Made by a program: the position numbers and the translations under genes. Below, piece by piece: positions 36,501-51,500 of a stretch of DNA of 64,000 bases; position 1 is the first letter of the stretch, and each line of letters opens with the position of its first letter. The DNA lies in NCBI GenBank assembly GCA_002269645.1, contig NIVC01000441.1, positions 356,406 through 420,405 on the forward strand, given 5' to 3'. The notes under the pieces are model-generated. The model searched no databases. It was not told where the DNA came from and saw nothing but the letters and a program-made list of their open reading frames with translations. The DNA is from Macrostomum lignano (lineage: Eukaryota).

Positions 36501-39500
36501 CTGGACGGAAGGCGATTCGGAACTTAGCGAAGCCGATCACCGCGTACAGGTACATGATCGCGATGCCCAGCACCGAGACCCACACCAGCGACAGGCCTGC
36601 AGGGTTGAGCGGCCGGCTTATAAACTAATTCATAGATAATTTTGAAACTAATTGTGGCATTTTACTTATCATACGTATGTGCACTGTTAGCCTTGCATAG
36701 CTATCGGCTCTGTATGTGAGAGAGTGACATTCCGTGTTAGAGAGTGACAATCCATGTTAGAGAGTGACAATCCATGTCAGAGAGTGACATTCCATGTTAG
36801 AGAGTGACCTTTGATGTTAGAGAGTGACCTTTGATGTTAGAGAGTGACAATCCATGTTAGAGAGTGACATCCATGTTAGAGAGTGACCTTTGATGTTAGA
36901 GAGTGACCTTTGATGTTAGAGTGACCCTTTCATGTTAGAGAGTGACAATCCATGTCAGAGAGTGACATTCCATGTTAGAGAGTGACAATCCATGTTAGAG
37001 AGTGATATCCATGTTAGAGAGTGACCTTTGATGTTAGAGAGTGACATTCCATGTTAGAGAGTGACAATCCATGTCAGAGAGTGACATTCCATGTTAGAGT
37101 GACAATCCATGTTAGAGAGTGACAATCCATGTTAGAGAGTGACATCCATGTTAGAGAGTGACCTTTGATGTTAGAGAGTGACCCTTTCATGTTAGAGAGT
37201 GACATTCCATGTTAGAGAGTGACAATCCATGTCAGAGAGTGACATTCCATGTTAGAGAGTGACATTCCGTGTTAGAGAGTGACAATCCATGTTAGAGAGT
37301 GACATTCCGTGTTAGAGAGTGACAATCCATGTTAGAGAGTGACATCCATGTTAGAGAGTGACCTTTGATGTTAGAGAGTGACCCTTTCATGTTAGAGAGT
37401 GACATTCCATGTTAGAGAGTGACATTCCATGTTAGAGAGTGACATTCCGTGTTAGAGAGTGACAATCCATGTTAGAGAGTGACATTCCGTGTTAGAGAGT
37501 GACAATCCATGTTAGAGAGTGACATTCCGTGTTAGAGAGTGACATTCCGTGTTAGAGAGTGACATTCCGTGTTAGAGAGTGACATTCCGTGTTAGAGAGT
37601 GACCTTTGATGTTAGAGAGTGACAATCCATGTCAGAGAGTGACATTCCATGTTAGAGAGTGACAATCCATGTTAGAGAGTGACATTCCGTGTTAGAGAGT
37701 GACCTTTGATGTTAGAGACTGACAATCCATGTTAGAGAGTGACATTTCATGTGAAAGAGTGACCTTTCATGTTAGAGAGTGACATTTCATGTGAGAGAGT
37801 GACATTCCATGTTAGAGAGTGACATTTCATGTGAGAGAGTGACATTCCATGTTAGAGAGTGACATTTCATGTGAGAGAGTGACCTTTCATGTTAGAGGGA
37901 CATTCCATGTTAGAGAGTGAACTTTGATGTTAGAGAGTGACCCTTTCATGTTAGAGAGTGACCTTCCATGCTAGAGAGTGACATTCCATGTCAGAGAGTG
38001 AACCTTCTGTGTTAGAGAGTTATCTTCCATGCTAGAGAGTGACATTCAATGTTACACAGTGAACTGTTATGCTGGACACAGACCAAACGCAATGCCGACG
38101 CAACCAATGCTCCCCCAAAACGGCTCACCATTGGTGGTGACGGCCTGAATGACGCCCCTCAGCATCTGGTTGTTGTTGACAATGTTGAGCAGGTGGAAGG
38201 CAAAGAAATACGGACTGTAGAAGGTGCCCGCAAACGCGCAGCCGACAAACACGATGTAGTAAAAGGTGGCGATGGAGAACAGGCGCACGGACAGCTTGTC
38301 CTGACCGCCGGACTCGCGCACCTCGTTCTCCTCTTCCTGGTCCTTCTGCCGCAGCTGCCGGAGCCGCCAAGCCAGCCTGGCCAGGTCTGGCGGCCTCGGA
38401 TGATTGGCAACGAAGAAGGCCAGCAGGATGATGATGGACAGGGCGTCAAGGATGTAGGCGAAGGCCATCAGCCAGTCTGGCAGGCTGGGATAGTCCGCCT
38501 TCCACTGCCCGGTGGTGCTGCGGGAGAGAGAGATGATGCAATCACGTGACATGATACAGTAACATTATGAGAGATGATGCAACAGCACGATCACATGATG
38601 CAACAACATGATCACATGATGCAACAACATGATCACATGATGCAACAACACGATCACATGATGCAACAACACGATCACATGATGCAACAACACGATCACA
38701 TGATGCAACAACACGATCACATGATGCAGCAACACGATCACATGATGCAACAACACGATCACATGATGCAACAACACGATCACATGATGCAACAACATGA
38801 TCACATGATGCAACAGCACTACTCGGTGACTCACTTAAAGAAGGCGTCGGGCACTGGCGCGGACTCGTCCGCCGAGATGTCAAGCGACGGTGTGTTGGCG
38901 CCGCCTGGCGGAGCCTCCAGGCCGATGAGCATGATGAGGTTGATGATGACGGCCACCAGGGTGGCAGAGTGGTTCCAGATCAGCCACAGCCGGGTCAGGG
39001 CGATGGTCAGAGGGTTGGACAGCACCTTCTTCTGGTAGTGGATGTCGTTCAGTATGGCCTTGGTCCAGTCCATGAAGTCGCGGATCTTCGTGCTGGACGA
39101 ATTTCGGTCTACGTTCCACTTCAGCTTCTCTTTGACCTCCTCCCTCAGCACGTTCTGGGGTGCGGCGGGATTGGGAATGCTGAACAGTGATGCAGGAGTA
39201 CCTGATAGCTAATGCTGACTCCTAGATGCCCAATACCCGCTTCCCAATACCCGATACCCGATTCCCCAATACCCGATACCCGCTTCCCAATACTCGATAC
39301 CCGATTCCCCAATATCCGATACCCAATACCCGATACGCAATACCCAATACCCAATACCCGATACCCAATACCCGATACCCAATACCCGATACCCAATACC
39401 CGATACCCAATACCCGATACGCAATACCCAATACCCAATACCCGATACCCAATACCCGATACCCAATACCCGATACCCAATACCCGATACCCAATACCCG

Positions 39501-42500
39501 ATACCCAATACCCGATACCCGATACCCGATACCCGATACCCGATACCCAATACCCGATACCCAATACCCGATACCCAATACCCGATACCCAATACCCGAT
39601 ACCCAATACCCGATACCCAATACCCGATACCCAATACCCGATACCCAATACCCGATACCCAATACCCGATACCCGATACCCAATACCCGATACCCAGTAC
39701 CAGATACTCAATATCCGATGCCCAGTACCCTCTTAATACCCGATTCCCCCTGGCGTTGCCCAATACCAAATATTCAAATACACCACTAAGCTCATATTAA
39801 GAAGAGCGCAGCTAAGCCTGGTGCAGCCCTCACTAACCTTATTCCGAACTCTAAAGTGAATCTTCTGCAGGTTAGAGTCTTTCACAATCTCAATAGTCAT
39901 TGAATTCTTCTTGAAAAACTTGAACGCTTTCATCTGCGAGTCGGAAATTCTGAGCTCTGCGGGCGAGGCGTTTGAAATGGAGATCATCGTTAAAACATGC
40001 TTACTTTGTGAGACAAAATGCAGTGTTTTGATTTGTGAGGAAAATCATTCTGAATGCCAAAGCCTTGCTGTCATTTGCCGCTCGAATTGCGCGAATTTGG
40101 CGCTGTTAAAACAATGTAAAAAAATCCGGATGCCAATCCGACGCAACGAACCGTCACCAAGCGCTTATTTATGTTTTAGGCTTGTTTAATTAATGAAATA
40201 ATTAGCCAAACAATGCAAATATTAACAAACCAATTCTGTATAAAACTTTGTGCAGACTTGATTTGATATACCGTCCCAGTTAGTCGCTTTTGGAATATGT
40301 TATTGGGTATCGGGTATTGGGTATCGGGTATCGGGTATTGGGTATCGGGTATCGGGTATTGGGGAATCGGGTATTTGGTATCGGGTATTGGGTATTGGGT
40401 ATCGGGTATCGGGTATTGGGTATCGGGTATTGGGTATCGGGTATTGGGTATCGGGTATCGGGTATTGGGTATCGGGTATCGGGTATTGGGGAATCGGGTA
40501 TTTGGTATCGGGTATTGGGTATTGGGGAATCGGGTATTTGGTATCGGGTATTGGGTATCGGGTATTGGGTATCGGGTATTGGGTATCGGGTATCGGGTAT
40601 TGGGGAATCGGGTATTTGGTATCGGGTATTGGGTATCGGGTATTGGGTATCGGGTATTGGGTATCGGGTATCGGGTATCGGGTATTGGGGAATCGGGTAT
40701 TTGGTATCGGGTATTGGGTATCGGGTATTGGGTATCGGGTATTGGGTATCGGGTATCAGGTATCGGGTATTGGGTATCGGGTATTGGGTATCGGGTATTG
40801 GGTATCGGGTATTGGGTATCGGGTATTGGGTATTGGGTATCGGGTATCGGGTATTGGGTATCGGGTATTGGGTATCGGGTATTGGGTATCGGGTATTGGG
40901 TATCGGGTATTGGGTATCGGGTATTGGGTATCGGGTATTGGGTATTGAGAATTGGTTATTGGGTATTAGGTACTGGGAATCGGGTAATGGGTATCGTGTA
41001 TTGAGAATTGGGTAATGGGTCTTTGGGTATTAGGAATCGGGTATTGAGAATTGGGTATTAGGTATTTGGTTATTGGATATTGGGAATCGGGCACTGGGGA
41101 TCAGTTCAGATATCGGAACAGTCTGATCATAAACAAATTAATATCGGTATGATAAGATATGCCAATAATTCCATTCCAATTGCAGAGAAGGAAGGCGGTA
41201 TTGGAGGAGTGCTTGCAAAATTAGGTCGGGTCGAATCCCAATAGCCAATTTAGAAGGCTTGGACAGAAATACTCTACTTAGCAAAATTATTACCTAGTAG
41301 TATTCAGCGCAACAAAAATTTAAGGCTAATGCCATTATGGTAAGGATTATCCACACAACAAAGCTTAAGTATTCCTTAACACGTATCAAACTCAGTTTCA
41401 ATAAGTAGTTGGTGTCCTGGGAAGGATGTTCGTCCCGAACCGGGGACAACCGGCTGAGTCCGGAGTCCTCTTGCCCTGGGTGCCTCTTCTCCCGACCCCT
41501 TGGCCTGGCCCCCAATAATGAGCTGGATAGGCGATGCCCTTGGGCTGGTAGCAATAGAGGTGTGCATTCTCCGCCTAGAGTCTCCCCCTCGGATACAAGC
41601 CTTCCAGACTCACTCCAAAATAGAGCTGGGTAGTGAAAAGCCTTGAGGCTCGAGACCTTCAGGGGACCACGACCCTGTTTTAGGATCGCTCTTGGTAATA
41701 AGCTGCCCAGACTCGCTCCAATAGCTTAAGCCATTTCCAAGGTTTAGGAGTAGTTCCTCACTTGGACCGCTTTCAGTAGTATCCCAAACTTTTCGTTTTC
41801 AAATTTCTCTGCGCACACCCAAAAGACTTGCTGGCTGGGGGGATGGTCTGGGTGGATTCGGTCCTAGCACCGTCCCTGATTCCACTGTTGGTTTGGCGGT
41901 GTCTTGTACCATAGGCTTGAAGTCCCTCGCCCTTTCCCTAGCTTTAAGCTGGGGCCCAACTAAATTGGTGACTGGGTATCTCGGGTACACAGTCTTATCT
42001 GTGCCCTTGGCAGTGCCCTCTGCGGCAGAGCCCCTCCCAGGGCTGATCCGCGGGTAGCAAAGCTTCCCACCCCCGTTTAACAACAAGTAGTTTAAACACG
42101 CATTCTTAGTAGCATGAAAGCGCATAAAATGGTTAATTTTTTGTTTATTTCAAAAATATATAGCCCGTAATATTTTCATTTAACTACTACTGACAATAAG
42201 TTTTGTAAGTAGTTTGTAAGCGTGTTTTTTCTGTCAACTCATTATTACAGGTTAAAAACTGCTGCGCCTTTCAAAGTTCTGGGGAGAAGGGGGTGGAGGC
42301 AGCTTCAACATACCTCGTCCGTAGGGATCTGAGTCTGTAAGTTGAAGTTATATGAGCAGTTGTCTTATCTTGGCTAGCAATAAATTAATTAAAGTTGCTA
42401 AAATACCTACTGGCTACAGAATCATATTTATTAATACATGCACAGAGATGATCACCTTTCTTTCCCATCGCGGGGTCGATGTCGTACAGGCGGGCGATGA

Positions 42501-45500
42501 TGGTGTAAAATGAGAAGCCAACATCGAATATGGCGTCCTTCAGCTCCTTGTTCTCGTCCTTCTTCTGCGGATTGAGTGCCAGCGATGCTATGCGGTAAAC
42601 TGTTCGTTAATTTTTTAGGCCGCTGATCCAACCCACACTCGACTAAGCCGCTAATCCAATTCAACCAACACTCTACTAAGCCGCTAATCCAGCCCACACT
42701 CTACTAAGCCGCTAATCCAATCCAACCCACACTCTACTAAGCTGCTAATCCAACCCACACTATACTAAGCCGCTAATCCAATTCAACACACACTACTAAG
42801 CCACTAATCCAATCCACCCTCTACTAAGCTGCTAATCCAATCCACCCTCTACTAAGCCGCTAATCCAATCCACCCTCTACTAAGCCGCTAATCCAATCCA
42901 CACTCTACTAAGCCGCTAATCCAATCCACACTCTACTAAGCCGCTAATCCAATTCAACCAACACTCTACTAAGCCGCTAATCCAATCCAATCCACACTCT
43001 ACTAAGCTGCTAATCCAACCCACACTATACTAAGCCGCTAATCCAATTCAACACACACTACTAAGCCGCTAATCCAATTCAACACACATTCTAGTAAGCC
43101 GCTAATCCAACCCATCATTCGCTAAGCCGCCAATCCAACCCACCCTCTCCAAGCCCAGCCAGCGCTCACCAGCAGGCGCCGCAGCCAGCCCTCCTTGCCG
43201 GAACTGTCCCTCTGGCAGTATTCGTAGCACTCGGTCATGACTCGGTACAGCGCCTCCTTGTCCAGGGTGTCCTTGACCTCCCGGCCAATCACCGCCGCCT
43301 CGGGCGAGTTCTCCTCAATGAGGGACACAACCAGATTGGCGATGGCCTGCCGCAGGCTGGCAATCTGGTCCAGCTCGCAATTCTCAAAATCGGAAGTGCG
43401 CAGTATAAAATTAATGTAATCTATGATTTTGTTGTCGTAGACTGCGGCCCGATTCTCTTGGTTGCCCTGCGGTAGCAAAGTGTGAAAATTAATATTAAAC
43501 AATCTGCGGCTATTGAGCGCTTTTTTCTACTTTTAGTAGTGAAGCGCCTGGCTAACAGAGAAAATGTTCCTACAAATATTTGCAAGACAGGTTTTAATGT
43601 TAAAATAGGCTATTGAGACAGGACTATTATCTAATTGGATTCCCCGAAACCCGGAATTGAAATCAGATTTTAAAGTTAATGAGAAACTGTTTAATGCTCT
43701 ACAATGAGTAGGCGGCACGGTTATTGCAACTGATAAAACTAAGATTAACATCAAGATTGATTTCAATATCGTGAGCGAGCTAGATAAATAAATTTTCAAA
43801 TATCATCATAAGAATCTATGTGAGCCACTCAGCTCATTTGTGTGTAAGCTACTGTCAGTAGAAAGTTAAATGGAAGAATTTTATCAGATAATTTATTTTA
43901 GGGCAAGACATTCGCTCCCCCCTCAAAATCTTTAACCCTGGGCACAGATTCCATATGCTCGTATAGAATCAGCGCCCCACCCCGCCGTCTAATTTTTATT
44001 GCCTTCCCCGGTTGTGTTCCAGCCTAAAGTTGCCAGACATGTACATTCTTAGTAGCGCTGGCTAATGTACATTGAGGCTGCACCAATAGCGAATTGTTTA
44101 CGTCTGCAAGTCACTCCAAAACAGGCTTGGCTTTTCTTTTATTTTCATAAAATAGCGCACGCATTCTTCATTGCTACTGAACTGAAAGTTGCAGAGACGG
44201 CTATTCAAATCAAATATGCCTACATTTAAGTGGCCCTTCTAGTTACTATAGTATCTGCGCTCGCTCAATACACGACGTACATCATGTACATGTATGAAAA
44301 AGGCCAAAATAAGTTTTAACATCTCGCGCACAAACCTATCCAGAGAAACTCTAAACAGACACGCAATTTGAAACTAGCTTTCAAAACTGTTAAAACCTCA
44401 TCTTACCGCACAGAATTCATTCACAGTGGTGAACAGCTGCACCAGCAACTCGATAGTTTCGCTGTTGATGTTGGAGTAGGCCACGTTGATGAATTGCGAC
44501 ACCTCGGCCACGAGGTTGAACGACTTGATATTGTCCGGCTGTTCTCGCAGGTAGTTCTGCAGGCCCTTGTGTTGTCCGTCACAGATCCTGGCCAGGACCT
44601 TCAGCACCAGGCCCACGTAGCCATCATCCTTCATGGAGATCTTCTCAGCCTCCAGGTGGTGCGCACTTGACTGGTCTCCGTCCTGCTGGGTTTCAAAGTG
44701 TATATGACAGTGTGTGTCACAGTGTACATGACAGTGTGTGTCACAGTGTACATAACAGTTTGTGTCACAGTGTACATAACAGTTTGTGTCACAGTGTACA
44801 TGACAGTGTGTGTCACAGTGTACATGACAGTGTGTGTCACAGTGTACATGACAACATGACAGTGTGTGTCACAGTGTACATGACAGTGTACATGACACAT
44901 GACAGTGTGTGTCACAGTGTACATGACAGTGTGTGTCACAGTGTACATGACAGTGTGTGTCACAGTGTACATGACAGTGTGTGTCATAGTGTACATGAAA
45001 GTGTGTGTCACAGTGTACATGACAGTGTGTCACAGTGTACATGACAGTGTGTCACAGTGTACATGACATGAGTAGATACCATGTGTCAGGAAGTCAGAGA
45101 AATTTACACACCATCCTGTCAGTTCCGTTGCTGCCTTTCATCAGGCCGTCAGCGGCGTCCTTCCCACCTTTGATGCCGTTAGCAAAGGCGACTTGCCGAC
45201 CAGCAGCTGACGTGCTGCCGCCGTTGCTGCCGCCGTTGCTGCCGCCGTTGCTGCCGCTGGCGACGCCTCCAACGCCGGACTTTTTCTTGGTGATGGACGC
45301 CGACTGCATCTGGGTGAGGCTGACCCGGCGCTGCAGGCGTTTAATTTTAAAATAAAAAAATTCAATCATACTACTGATTAGTAGGCAAGTGGAGAATATC
45401 TCCGTTTACATTTAATATCTGTTTGGTAACTAAGTGTACATTAAATTAGCAAACCTTGGTGGTGCGTACTCGTAAACTGGAGTTTCAAGCTAATTGTTAG

Positions 45501-48500
45501 ACAAAAAACATGCAATTATAATTTATTGAGTACATATTTGAGTACATTCACTGATCGACTTTGTTTTAATCAGTATAAAATAAATAAGCAAGTTTTAACT
45601 CGAAAGCGCTCGAGTCCCTCTGGAAAGTTTCTTAGGACAGCTGAAGCAGAAGGCATCACACTCCAAATCGTGCAATTTCGCTGGAAGCAGCAGGTGTATG
45701 AGTGCTTGCCTGTATACAGGCTCAGAAACGTCCTTCTGAACCAAAATCGGAAGGATATCCGAGCCCTTGTCATGACCCTCACCGGCCATGGCAACCTCGC
45801 CAGGCACTGCTTCCTCCGAGGCGACCTCGAAAGTGAACTTTTGCCCTTTTGGCGAGTACGACAATGAAGATGCTCAGCACTTTGTCTGTCACTGCCCTTT
45901 CTTTACCAGAGACCGGCTATGCTACCTCGGCCGAACCCGTTCATTGACGAGGTCTGCCAGCCCGACAGCATCCCACGGCTCATCCAGTTCCTTCGGGCAA
46001 CAAGACGAGCCACTTTCTTCCCCACGGAAGATCAAGCTGCAGGACGGACCGGCGGACGGCTAGCGGAATGGGCTGGTTAGAGGACAATGTCCCCGAAGGC
46101 GCTGCTCCAGGGTTTCCCGCAACCAATCCTTTAATAGGTGCCCCAAAGAAGCCAAATAATTTAACTGACTCCTGCTTTGCAGTCTTTCACCCTGACTTAT
46201 ACCCCCGAAAGCAAAGATTCGAGCACTGGGTAACAGGAGCTATAGACCTTGGAAATATGCAGATGCTGTCTCCCTACATCACGCATGAGTGCGATGTGTT
46301 GCTGGTGCATTTCTAAATATTTATAGTAACTAAGAGGACTTGAGGTTACAGGAAATACGATCATCAATGTCAGTAACACAAACTATATGAGCAAATCTAT
46401 GCTGCAACTAATGAGCAAATTAAATTTATAAATTGTGCAACAAAAAGCTAATTTGCACAGAAAAGCTACTGTAAGTAGTTTACCATACCATCAGTTTTCC
46501 ATTGTTCTGCAAACACGGATTATTGTAGTTAAACAACGGATGCTTGGACAGCCAAGATAAATAAAGGAAAAGTAAAAAACACTTATGGTGAAGTACTTAG
46601 AGTATAAATGTCATTTATCAATTGTAACAAAATAAATATGAGGGATGTGCAGGTGACCCCCAACACCATTATTACATACGTATTGACGAAGTGAAGGTGG
46701 ATATGCAGCTTTTTTTATTATTTTCACTTCAAGAAAAAGTGCATTCTCTCCAAAATTAGGATAAATTAATTTCAGTTTTACCATTGCTTGCTGCGTGGTG
46801 GGCGAAGTTTTTTTGTTGAACTGATTAGTCATTTTTCATGGAGCTTGGAATATATTTAACATAAAGATTCTACTTTCCTAGACATTACTCTAAGTAGGAT
46901 ATAAGTTCATGCAGGAAAAAATTATTTTATTATTGATAACTTAACTTAATTGATAATAAACTTAATAAAACTCACAGTTAAATCACTGTTGGCCTGCTCA
47001 ATCTTCATCTCGACGTGATACTGCTGGATTTGCTGCAATTCGGATTTGAATAATTATCTGTACGATACTTTTCCATTTATAGTTTAATCTGATAACTAGC
47101 TCATTAGTTCATGAACTCACTCATGAACATACTCATGAACTCACTCATGAACAGACTCATGAATTCACTCATGAACTCAGTCATGAACTTATGAACTCAC
47201 TTATGAACTCACACATGAACTCATGAACTCACTCATGAACTCATGAACTCACTCATAAACTTATGAACTCACTCATGAACTCATGAACTCACTCATGAAC
47301 TCATGAACTCACTCATAAACTTATGAACTCACTTACGAACTCACACATGAACTCACTCATGAACTTATGAACTCACTCATGAACTTATGAACTCACTCAT
47401 GAACTGATGAACTCACTCATGAACTTATGAACTCACTCATGAACTTATGAACTCACTCATGAACTTATGAACTCACTCATGAACTTATGAACTCACTCAT
47501 GAACTTATGAACTCACTCATGAACTTATGAACTCACTCATGAACTTATGAACTCACGCATGAACTCACTCATGAACTTATGAACTCACTCATGAACTCAT
47601 GAACTCACTCACCTGAAGCGCTTTCACCCCGAGAGTCATGGTGGCCTTAAGATCGTCCGCCTGGCTCCTGGCGTCCATCTGCCGCGCCTTCTGCTGCGAG
47701 ATGAGCAGCCGCTTCTCCTTGATGTTTGCGGTGGACACCTGCAGCCGGTTGCGCACAGCAAAGAAGAACACTTCTTCTTTCGTGTTCAAGAAGTACTTGA
47801 GCATGCTCTGTTGGACTTTCTCGTTGGCATTAAATAGCATGATGCCAAGGAGTGAAAGAACCTCCTTAGCAACTAAGCCGCTCGTGGAAGCCAGGTGTGG
47901 CAGCGCGTGCTTCATCAAGTCGAATGAGTTCAGCGTATTCTGGATTTCCGCAATGTTCTTCAGACCTCTGAAGATTAAGGGAGTGAGGGGTGAGTTGTAG
48001 TTACACGTAGCAACCAATCAACACAAATTACAACCAACACACCGCAACCAATCAACACAAATTACAACCAACACACCGCAACCAACACACTGCAACCAAC
48101 CAACACACTGCAACCAACCAACACACCGCAACCAACACACTGCAACCAACCAACACACCGCAACCAACACACTGCAACCAACCAACACACTGCAACCAAC
48201 CAACACACCGCAACCAACACACCGCAACCAACACACTGCAACCAACACACCGCAACCAACACACCGCAACCAACACACCGCAACCAATCAACACAAATTA
48301 CAACCAACACACTGCAACCAACCAACACACCGCAACCAACACACCGCAACCAACACACTGCAACCAACCAACACACTGCAACCAACCAACACACCGCAAC
48401 CAACACACCGCAACCAACACACTGCAACCAACACACCGCAACCAACACACCGCAACCAACACACCGCAACCAATCAACACAAATTACAACCAACACACTG

Positions 48501-51500
48501 CAACCAACCAACACACCGCAACCAACACACCGCAACCAACACACTGCAACCAACCAACACACTGCAACCAACCAACACACCGCAACCAACACACCGCAAC
48601 CAACACACTGCAACCAACACACCGCAACCAACACACCGCAACCAACACACCGCAACCAATCAACACAAATTACAACCAACACACTGCAACCAACACACTG
48701 CAACCAACACACTGCAACCAACCAACACACTGCAACCAACCAACACACCGCAACCAACACACCGCAACCAACACACTGCAACCAACCAACACACCGCAAC
48801 CAACACACCGCAACCAACAAACCGCAACCAATCAACACAAATTACAACCAACACACTGCAACCAACCAACACACCGCAACCAACACACTGCAATCAACCA
48901 ACACACTGCAACCAACCAACACACCGCAACCAACACACCGCAACCAACACACTGCAACCAACACACTGCAACCAACACACTGCAACCAACACACTGCAAC
49001 CAACACACTGCAACCAACACACTGCAACCAACCAACACACTGCAACCAACCAACACACCGCAACCAACACACCGCAACCAACACACCGCAACCAACACAC
49101 CGCAACCAATCAACACAAATTACAACCAACACACTGCAACCAACACACTGCAACCAACACACTGCAACCAACCAACACACTGCAACCAACCAACACACCG
49201 CAACCAACACACCGCAACCAACACACTGCAACCAACCAACACACCGCAACCAACACACCGCAACCAACAAACCGCAACCAATCAACACAAATTACAACCA
49301 ACACACTGCAACCAACCAACACACCGCAACCAACACACTGCAATCAACCAACACACTGCAACCAACCAACACACCGCAACCAACACACCGCAACCAACAC
49401 ACTGCAACCAACACACTGCAACCAACACACTGCAACCAACACACTGCAACCAACACACTGCAACCAACACACTGCAACCAACCAACACACTGCAACCAAC
49501 CAACACACCGCAACCAACACACCGCAACCAACACACTGCAACCAACACACTGCAACCAACACACTGCAACCAACACACTGCAACCAACACACTGCAACCA
49601 ACCAACACACTGCAACCAATCCCTGCAATCAACAATCACATGTAAAGAAAGCCGCCTCTAACCAAAGCAAGAAGCATGCATGCATCAGTGTTAAGATGCC
49701 GAGACTGACCGTTTCACCCGAAACTCGGACATCCGCACCTCCCAGTCCTCGGGCAGTTTGCGCTCCTCATTGTGAATGAATGCGCGCAAAATCTGCAGGA
49801 TTCGAATGGCCAGCCGTTCTGTGTCGCCCCGACCCCCGGCGCCGGGGTCAGCGGCTGCAGCAGCTGCGTGAGACGCGCTAGCAGTGCTGGAGACGGCGGT
49901 GATTCTGGAGGGGGGAGAGGAGAATGCGGTGCTCCATGGAGTAACTGTGAGTGAGTTGGTGTCAGCTTTCAGACAGGTTTTTTCCCTGTCTATAAGCGAG
50001 TTGGTGACAGATTTCTGTCAGGTATTTCACCTGTCTATAAGCGAGTTGGTGACAGATTTCTGTCAGGTGTTTTCCCTGTCTATAAGCGAGTTGGTGACAG
50101 ATTTCTGTCAGGTGTTTTCCCTGTCTATAAGCGAGTTGGTGACAGATTTCTGTCAGGTGTTTTCCCTGTCTATAAGCGAGTTGGTGACAGATTTCTGTCA
50201 GGTGTTTTCCCTGTCTATAAGCGAGTTGGTGACAGATTTCTGTCAGGTGTTTCACTTGTCTATAAGCGAGTTGGTGACAGATTTCTGTCAGGTGTTTCAC
50301 CTGTCTATTATAAGCCAGTTGGTGACAGCTTTCTGTCAGGTGTTTCACCTGTCTATAAGCGAGTTGTTGACAGCTTTCTGTCAGGTGTTTCACCTGTCTA
50401 TAAGCGAGTTGTTGACAGCTTTCTGTCAGGTGTTTCAACAGGCTATTTGAATTTTTTGCAGAAATTTCAGGCAACTAATGCATTGTAATATTGCACACGC
50501 AACCGTGAATTCACTCTTAAATAATCCTTGTCACCTGCAATGTAGCAGAAACTAGATAGATACCTACCTACCGACAGACCATTTTTACTAATACTAAAAC
50601 TGACGCGATGTTTGTCTGTTTGTTTGTTGCAACTTTTCTCCTAGACTACTGGCAACTCAGCGTCGAAACTTATATGGGAAAATTGCAAATTTTCTGTAAG
50701 TGGCTATAGGCTATTTTAATTTTCTATTTTCACATTTTTAAATCTCTAAAAAGGCAGAAAACAGCTTTTAACCTTCTTTGGCCCTTCTGTGGCCACTGAC
50801 TCTCTAGTGGAGGGGTTGCAGGTTGCAGCCTGTTTGTAAAAAAGCCACCCCAACCTCTGCCCGCGGGTCGCTGTGTATTGGGGGGATGGGTGCACGTATT
50901 CCACATTCAAGGCAAATGTTGGGGTGCAATTAAAAGAAAAGAGAGAGAGGGTAGAAGAGAGACAATATATAAGTGAGTAGATATGAAATATGAGACAGGA
51001 GAGAAGAGGGTGAGATGAGGGGAGAAATAAGAGAGAAAAGAGGAGACAGGAGAGGGTACAGACGAAAGACAATGGAGAAGAGATAAATAAGGGAGGAGAG
51101 ATGAAAGGAGAGAGAGGAGAGAGAAGAGAGTAATGATGAGAGCGCAGAGAGGAGAGAAGAGACACGAGAGTCTGAGTCTGGACAATGGCAGCCAGTTTTT
51201 GCAAACAGGGAAATCAATGAATGGACTATGCTATGGTATTTGAAAGATTTTGTAAAGAATTTATTTGGAGACAATTTGAAAGATGGGGTTCAAGGCATGG
51301 AGTTTTAGCTGATGGATTTCAGGGAATGGAATTCCGCGGATGGGAGTTCTCCTTTCTCCTCCAAAGGAGGAGTTCCACTCGTTTAGTATATGGATGTAAA
51401 AATGTCGTAGAATTTCCATAAAACAGCACGCAGCCGTGTCCGTCATTTTCAGTCACTATTTTATGAGGCAAGTTTGAAACAAAAAACAACGAAAACTAAA

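Noticed and set aside
50581-50745. Second Helitron-like 5' end (TACTAATACTAAAA..GTTTGTCTGTTTGT)
   Set aside because: Resemblance only; no matching CTAG 3' end or hairpin identified.
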